Source of the DNA: Candidatus Fokinia solitaria
GTDB taxonomy: Bacteria > Pseudomonadota > Alphaproteobacteria > Rickettsiales > Midichloriaceae
Direction of reading: 5' to 3'
Assembly: GCF_003072485.1 (NCBI RefSeq)
Contig: NZ_CP025989.1
Span: forward strand, 390,001 to 422,000
Length of the DNA stretch: 32,000 bases
Part shown: positions 27,247 to 32,000 of the stretch, in pieces
Numbering within the stretch: position 1 is the stretch's first letter
Layout: the number at the start of each line of letters is the position of its first letter
Position numbers and translations under genes: made by a program
The notes under the pieces: generated by a model
What the model was told of the DNA's origin: nothing
Seen by the model: the letters and a program-made list of their open reading frames with translations, nothing else
The model's database searches: none

Positions 27247-29061
27247 ATGCCAGGAACAAATAAAAAACTCTCAACGAAAAAAACTGAAAATTCGAAGAGT
27301 AGTAAGTCTACGCGTGCGAGAGTGCAAAATGAAAGAGATTTGGATTTCGATGATAAGCTTAAAAGTAAGATGCAGCATGGCATGGAGGAGAGTTATGAAA
27401 CTGAGGAAAGAGATGAAGATGTACCTATTAGCATTACTAAGATCTATCCAGACGAGAGAGGAAAGAATCAAGATCATGTACGATATTATCTTACTAAAAT
27501 TGCATCCACTGCTCTTCTTACAAGAGAAGATGAAACAGAGATCGCTAAGAGAATTGAACTTGCTACTGCAGAATATAGAAAGGCTTTATTGCGTCATCCA
27601 TCATTTCTGAGAGCACTTTTACAGATGATAGAAGATATAAAAGTTGGTAGTGTACAAATCGCTAAAGTAGTCGATATAGAAAGTGTAGTAGCGTATCACT
27701 CTATGCAGGACGCGACAAAACCTCTCTCAATTGATGATGACTTAGATAATGAAGATGTTGTTGATTACCATCAAATAGGAGAGCAAGACTCTCAACTGCA
27801 CAGCACGATATATCCAAAGATACTAGAGCAATTCGAAATGATGTACTCTCTTATTGATCAGGTTATAAATATGCAAAGACCTATATTACAAATGTTTCTT
27901 CAAGATAAGAAGATGAAGTTTGTTAAAAATCCGCAGTATGAAGAAGTAATTACGGAATTGTATAATATACTTTCCGAAGTGAAAATTACGGAAAGTACTA
28001 TCAATAAGATGATGCGGAAAATACAAAGTACTAACGTAAAATTGCAGGAAATTGAGAAATTAATAGCAGATTCTTTTTCTCGCTATGTAGATTCTTTATC
28101 TCGTACAGAAGTGATGGAGTTTTACGAGAGCAATATGACAGGGCAAACGCTTTCCGTAATGTATACGAAGTTCAGTAATTTTATCGATTTGTTAGATGTC
28201 GATAGTAATACTAAGAATATCCTTAAGAGTGAAATACTGGATGTGGCAATAGAAAAGATTACTATGATCGCAGAAGAGTCTTTTCTCGATATTTGGTCAT
28301 TTAAAAGAAGTCTCGTAGAGATAGAAAAGCTTTCTTGTACCGTAATAACGACAAAGAAAAGAATGATGGAAGCGAATCTTCGTTTGGTAGTATCAATATC
28401 TAAAAAGTATCTAAATAAAGGATTGAGCTTTTTGGATTTAGTACAAGAAGGTAATATAGGCTTAATGAAAGCTGTAGATAAGTACGAGTATCAAAGAGGA
28501 TATAAGTTCTCTACGTATGCTACATGGTGGATTAGGCAAGCAATTACTAGAGCAATTGCCGATCAAGCACGTACAATAAGGATCCCGGTACATATGGCAG
28601 AAAGCATAAATAAAATAACTAGAGCGGCAAAAGAGATCTCTCATCGTAATAATCGTGAAGCAACATCTGAAGAAATAGCAGAGCATACTGGAATTTCAGT
28701 CAAAAAAGTAAGAGAAATTGTAAGAATTTCAAGAGACCCTTCAAGTTTGAATGCGCCTACTAATGACGAGCAAAATGAAACAGGTAATAATATAGAAGGA
28801 GAAGTTGGAGAAAGCCCTACTACCATTGCAGCAAAAGATTGGCTTGAATACTATACCACTGTTATACTTGTACTCAATCTTACAGCAAGAGAAGAAAGAG
28901 TAATCCGAGAGCGCTTTATTATGGAAATGACTTTAGAAGAAATTGGCTTAGTACTTGGTGTAACAAGAGAAAGAGTTCGTCAAATAGAAGGAAAGGCTCT
29001 AAGAAAAATGCAAAAAACAGATAATATGAATATATCTCGCCCAATAGGAAGTGAAGTATAG
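27247..29061 (+). CDS. rpoD: RNA polymerase primary sigma factor RpoD
   Basis: Region 1.2 [24 protein letters not shown] long non-conserved region. Region 2 [13 protein letters not shown]...[54 protein letters not shown]. Region 4.2 [27 protein letters not shown]. Canonical dnaG-rpoD linkage. Confidence 0.95.
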   Translation: MPGTNKKLSTKKTENSKSSKSTRARVQNERDLDFDDKLKSKMQHGMEESYETEERDEDVPISITKIYPDERGKNQDHVRYYLTKIASTALLTREDETEIAKRIELATAEYRKALLRHPSFLRALLQMIEDIKVGSVQIAKVVDIESVVAYHSMQDATKPLSIDDDLDNEDVVDYHQIGEQDSQLHSTIYPKILEQFEMMYSLIDQVINMQRPILQMFLQDKKMKFVKNPQYEEVITELYNILSEVKITESTINKMMRKIQSTNVKLQEIEKLIADSFSRYVDSLSRTEVMEFYESNMTGQTLSVMYTKFSNFIDLLDVDSNTKNILKSEILDVAIEKITMIAEESFLDIWSFKRSLVEIEKLSCTVITTKKRMMEANLRLVVSISKKYLNKGLSFLDLVQEGNIGLMKAVDKYEYQRGYKFSTYATWWIRQAITRAIADQARTIRIPVHMAESINKITRAAKEISHRNNREATSEEIAEHTGISVKKVREIVRISRDPSSLNAPTNDEQNETGNNIEGEVGESPTTIAAKDWLEYYTTVILVLNLTAREERVIRERFIMEMTLEEIGLVLGVTRERVRQIEGKALRKMQKTDNMNISRPIGSEV

Positions 29062-30005
29062 CGATTCTATAGTATAAAGCGTAAGTCAGTTATGAAAAAA
29101 ATAATAAGTAAACTCTTTCACATTGAACGATTGCAAGCGAGTACGTATTTACCAAGTAAGAGAAGTTCTTATATGTTACAAGAAGAGGTATTTTAAAGAT
29201 ATATATAGAGAGGTGGTAAAAAAGTAGATATAAGCAACGTGAACTTATTCTCGAAATGCTAATTTGCTGAGAACATATGTATAATTATACAATTACGCTG
29301 TTTATCTATTTAGAAGAAAGTGCTTGAAAGTCCTTTCAATACTCGATGTTATACGTAAACAGGTTACTGGTGAATAGAAAAATCTTTGAGTAAAAAGAGT
29401 CTTATAATGAATTAGTGAATTAGCTAAGTATTCCTTTTTTATTATAAAGTAGCTAAAACTCTCTTCTCTGCAAAAGAAAGGTTATGAAGATATAGTAATT
29501 AATCTAGGAAGAATGCGAATTCTTCATACAGTTGAAAATTAGAAGTATCGCTAAAATGTGCACTTCTCTGCGATATCAGAGATTTCATCTTCATTATGGC
29601 TAAGATTATAGCAGCTATAGCTTATTGTAAAATTGCCGTTTTACTTCAGCATGGTAGTACAAAATACTCGAATTCACGCACTAAAATATGAACGATCTTC
29701 AGTAAAGTATGTGAGGAAGAATAGAAGGCTAAAAGAAGTGCCTCCGTCAATATATAGAGATCTCTCTGGGCACTATTTCATCAATAACAGCCTCAGCAAT
29801 GAGTATCCAATCTACTCGTAGATATATGAGAGAAAAATTTACATCCTCCATTATATCCTTAACACTTCTCTATAATGCTAATATCTCTACGTACTAAATT
29901 TGAGAGGAGTAGTCTCTTAGTTTGATATAAGCAAAAGAGCGCATAAAACCGAGAAAAAATTCGTCGATCTCATGACGCTAGTATGCTTTTTACTTCAAAA
30001 AGAAT

Positions 30006-30389
30006 TTATTTTATTTCTACAGTACAACCAGCAGTTTTTAGTGTATTTGCAAATCCTTCTGCTTCCTGCTTAGTTACATCGCTTCTAAGAACTTTCGCGC
30101 CTCCTGATGTAAGTTCATCAGCAATCGCCTTAGCTGCAACGAGACCATCAAGCGCACCGACTTCTTTAATTGCTTTCATTGCATCCATCCTCTTATTAGG
30201 ATCTATTGCAGTAATAATCACATCAAAAGCTGTCTTTTCCTGCGCTTCTGCAGCAGGTGCCGCTGCACTAGCAGCAACCGCAACAGGCGCTGCAGCGGAA
30301 ACTCCCCAAGCTTCCTCTAAATCTTTTACCAAAGTCGCGATTTCAGCAACAGACAATTCTGAAAGAGTCTTTATCAAATCGTTTTTCAT
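30006..30389 (-). CDS. rplL: 50S ribosomal protein L7/L12
   Basis: MKNDLIKTLSELSVAEIATLVKDLEEAWGVSAAAP..., an Ala-rich hinge, and C-terminal domain KAIKEVG...AKAIADEL..GGAKVLRSDVTKQEAEGFANTLKTAGCTVEIK. The internal ATG at 30389 is preferred over the track start at 30422. Confidence 0.93.
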   Translation of the reverse strand: MKNDLIKTLSELSVAEIATLVKDLEEAWGVSAAAPVAVAASAAAPAAEAQEKTAFDVIITAIDPNKRMDAMKAIKEVGALDGLVAAKAIADELTSGGAKVLRSDVTKQEAEGFANTLKTAGCTVEIK

Positions 30390-30512
30390 AACGTTACTAT
30401 GGAAATTACAATTAAAAGTCATGTATTAACGATAGTAACATACAACACGTTATGGCGAAAAGCTATTGAAAATTACACTAATCTCAGAGAAATCGCAGAT
30501 TGTTATAAACAA

Positions 30513-30803
30513 TTAAACGCTTTTTGAATTTTTAGCTAAATTCAGCATCACAGCATGTTTCACACTCTTTGCACTATGCATGTTTAAGTAATGCACTACA
30601 ACGCTATCCTGCTCTTTGCCATACATTTGGATCATACCAAACCCTGGTATTGACACAGTTGCGTACGACATTACAGCGCCCATTATATTTCTACAGAAAG
30701 AATCCCATATCTTATATGCATCATTCTTAGTGATGTTATGCTCTCTCATAAGCGCTTCTACCACTTTTTGAGAATGCATTACATTTTCTATCTCTACGTT
30801 CAT
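30513..30803 (-). CDS. Divergent HU/IHF-like DNA-binding protein (beta-arm motif degenerate)
   Basis: Length and N-terminal helices fit HU (ITKNDAYKIWDSFCRNIMGAV...VSIPGFGMIQM, compared with consensus LSKKDA..A.DAF...I...L..G..V.L.GFG.F). The R-x-GRNP-x-TGE arm is not present. Alternative start at ATG 30779. Confidence 0.45.
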   Translation of the reverse strand: MNVEIENVMHSQKVVEALMREHNITKNDAYKIWDSFCRNIMGAVMSYATVSIPGFGMIQMYGKEQDSVVVHYLNMHSAKSVKHAVMLNLAKNSKSV

Positions 30804-30951
30804 ACAGAAAAAACTTTACTTATCTACGTTTATACGGACTATATATACACTATTTAGTGCAAAATACCAATATATCCGATAAAAAAAAGTACATCTAATA
30901 TGTAGGAAATATAAAATTAAACTATCTTATTTGCCTGAAAAAGTAATACCT

Positions 30952-31992
30952 TTATTTTGTGCGCACAAGATTTTTATTTGCTTCATTAGCTATTATGTTT
31001 AATTGCTTATCCTGTTTTGTTATACGTGCCAAATCTTCCACTACTTTTTTGAAATCATTACTTGTTATCGTTGTTTGTGTGTTTGAATCTTTTTTCGTCC
31101 CAAAAATCTTTGCTGCTGCTGCATCGCCCATCATCTCAAATGAAGGCATAGGTACTTCATAACCTTTTATCTCCGGAGAAGACTTTGTTGCGTTTGGAAG
31201 CGTATTACTTTTACCCAAATAGCGCGATGTTACTTTCTTAATTATGTGTAAAGCAAGAAATCCAGCCCCCATAAGTATTGCAGCGTGTGGTAAAAACTTC
31301 ATATTTCCTAACAATTTTGTCATCGATAGTGCTTTTAAACCGACATATAAGCCTCCTACCGTTGCTGCAGCACTTACTCCTGTTACGGCATATTTCATTG
31401 CCATTGCACCTGTACGTTTAGCTCTACTGTTTTCATATTCTATGATGCATGGTGATACAGGAGATTGATTTGGAGAATACTGCTTAGTGCTACATATTTC
31501 TGCAGCAGCAGCAGTTTTTGCCATATTTTCAGGATCATTAATCTGTAATAGCATGGCTACTCGTGGTATATCGACAGGAGCAATATCAGCAGAGTTAAGA
31601 GAGATTGTTGTTACTGTTCCATTTCCTGAGACAGTATCTTGTAATTCTTGATATTTCTCACTGAGCGAAAGTGGTTTCTTTAGCGAAGAGAGTGTATTAC
31701 TACCTCCGGATAATGTGTTTGCATCGGTATAATTAAGAGGACTAGAGTGTACAGATTTCTTACATTTTTCTACATTACTATTAACTGTATTATAAAATTC
31801 CTGTAATTTTGGATTTTTAAGCAGTTCATCTTTATTTGGGCTTGTATCGGGAATTGTATAGAGTAATTTATTCAGTAGTACGTGAGAATAATATGCGAGT
31901 AAGCCATTACTTATAGCACTTTTTGAATCAGTACCTGGTGCAGGTTGTAACGAGTTATATTCCTTCGTTACATTATCGATCATCTGATTCAA
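30952..31992 (-). CDS. Hypothetical protein with bilobed hydrophobic domain (two TM helices, aa ~195-252); 5' end may lie at ATG 31983 or beyond the window
   Basis: Long ORF whose frame stays open to the right window edge; the track start is TTG at 31992. Hydrophobic segment AMAMKYAVTGVSAAATVGGLYVGLKAL-SMTKLLGNMK-FLPHAAILMGAGFLALHII (nt 31237..31410). No family recognised. Confidence 0.65.
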   Translation of the reverse strand: MNQMIDNVTKEYNSLQPAPGTDSKSAISNGLLAYYSHVLLNKLLYTIPDTSPNKDELLKNPKLQEFYNTVNSNVEKCKKSVHSSPLNYTDANTLSGGSNTLSSLKKPLSLSEKYQELQDTVSGNGTVTTISLNSADIAPVDIPRVAMLLQINDPENMAKTAAAAEICSTKQYSPNQSPVSPCIIEYENSRAKRTGAMAMKYAVTGVSAAATVGGLYVGLKALSMTKLLGNMKFLPHAAILMGAGFLALHIIKKVTSRYLGKSNTLPNATKSSPEIKGYEVPMPSFEMMGDAAAAKIFGTKKDSNTQTTITSNDFKKVVEDLARITKQDKQLNIIANEANKNLVRTK

Positions 31993-32000
31993 AGTCTCAA

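Noticed and set aside
29633-29821. 62-aa plus-strand ORF in the rpoD-rplL gap
   Set aside because: TTG start, no recognisable motif, surrounded by broken frames on both strands. Treated as part of the non-coding/pseudogenised gap.
29983-30429. 148-aa Ala/Ser-rich plus-strand ORF
   Set aside because: It is the antisense frame of rplL. The Ala-run mirrors the L7/L12 hinge (GCN codons reverse-complement to NGC).

Overview
AT-rich (by eye about one-third G+C; not computed), gene-dense bacterial chromosome segment with about 27 protein genes and one tRNA. I see no rRNA, CRISPR array, transposase/integrase or phage genes. The backbone is housekeeping: greA, rpsE, proS, an S41 C-terminal protease, yebC, tRNA-Ile(GAU), a carboxylesterase, ygfZ, secA, murF, rpsO-pnp, a class A PBP, a GST-like protein, dnaG-rpoD, rplL and a degenerate HU-like gene. 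These proteins are very divergent and most starts lack Shine-Dalgarno motifs. rpsE and rplL sit alone outside their canonical operons, and tRNA-Ile(GAU) is solitary. This fits a rearranged, reduced genome of an obligate intracellular proteobacterium. My best guess is a Rickettsiales/Holosporales-like alphaproteobacterium, which cannot be verified without a search. Between the core genes lie lineage-specific ORFs with effector-like architecture: (i) a 676-aa HExxH (zincin-like) protein with a poly-Q tract; (ii) a small winged-helix-like protein with a Q-rich/acidic tail; (iii) an 807-aa protein with a clean pentapeptide-repeat block and an Ala-rich hydrophobic C-terminus; (iv) a protein with four 33-bp (11-aa) tandem repeats; (v) a 346-aa protein with a bilobed hydrophobic domain. 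The most unusual structure is at the left end. A head-to-head module (small gene, 35-bp spacer, large HExxH gene) is duplicated about 2.8 kb away, and the second copy keeps only the first 8 codons of the large gene. No known multi-gene system (defence, toxin-antitoxin, secretion apparatus) is recognisable. All functional ideas for the ORFans are hypotheses that need homology and structure searches.
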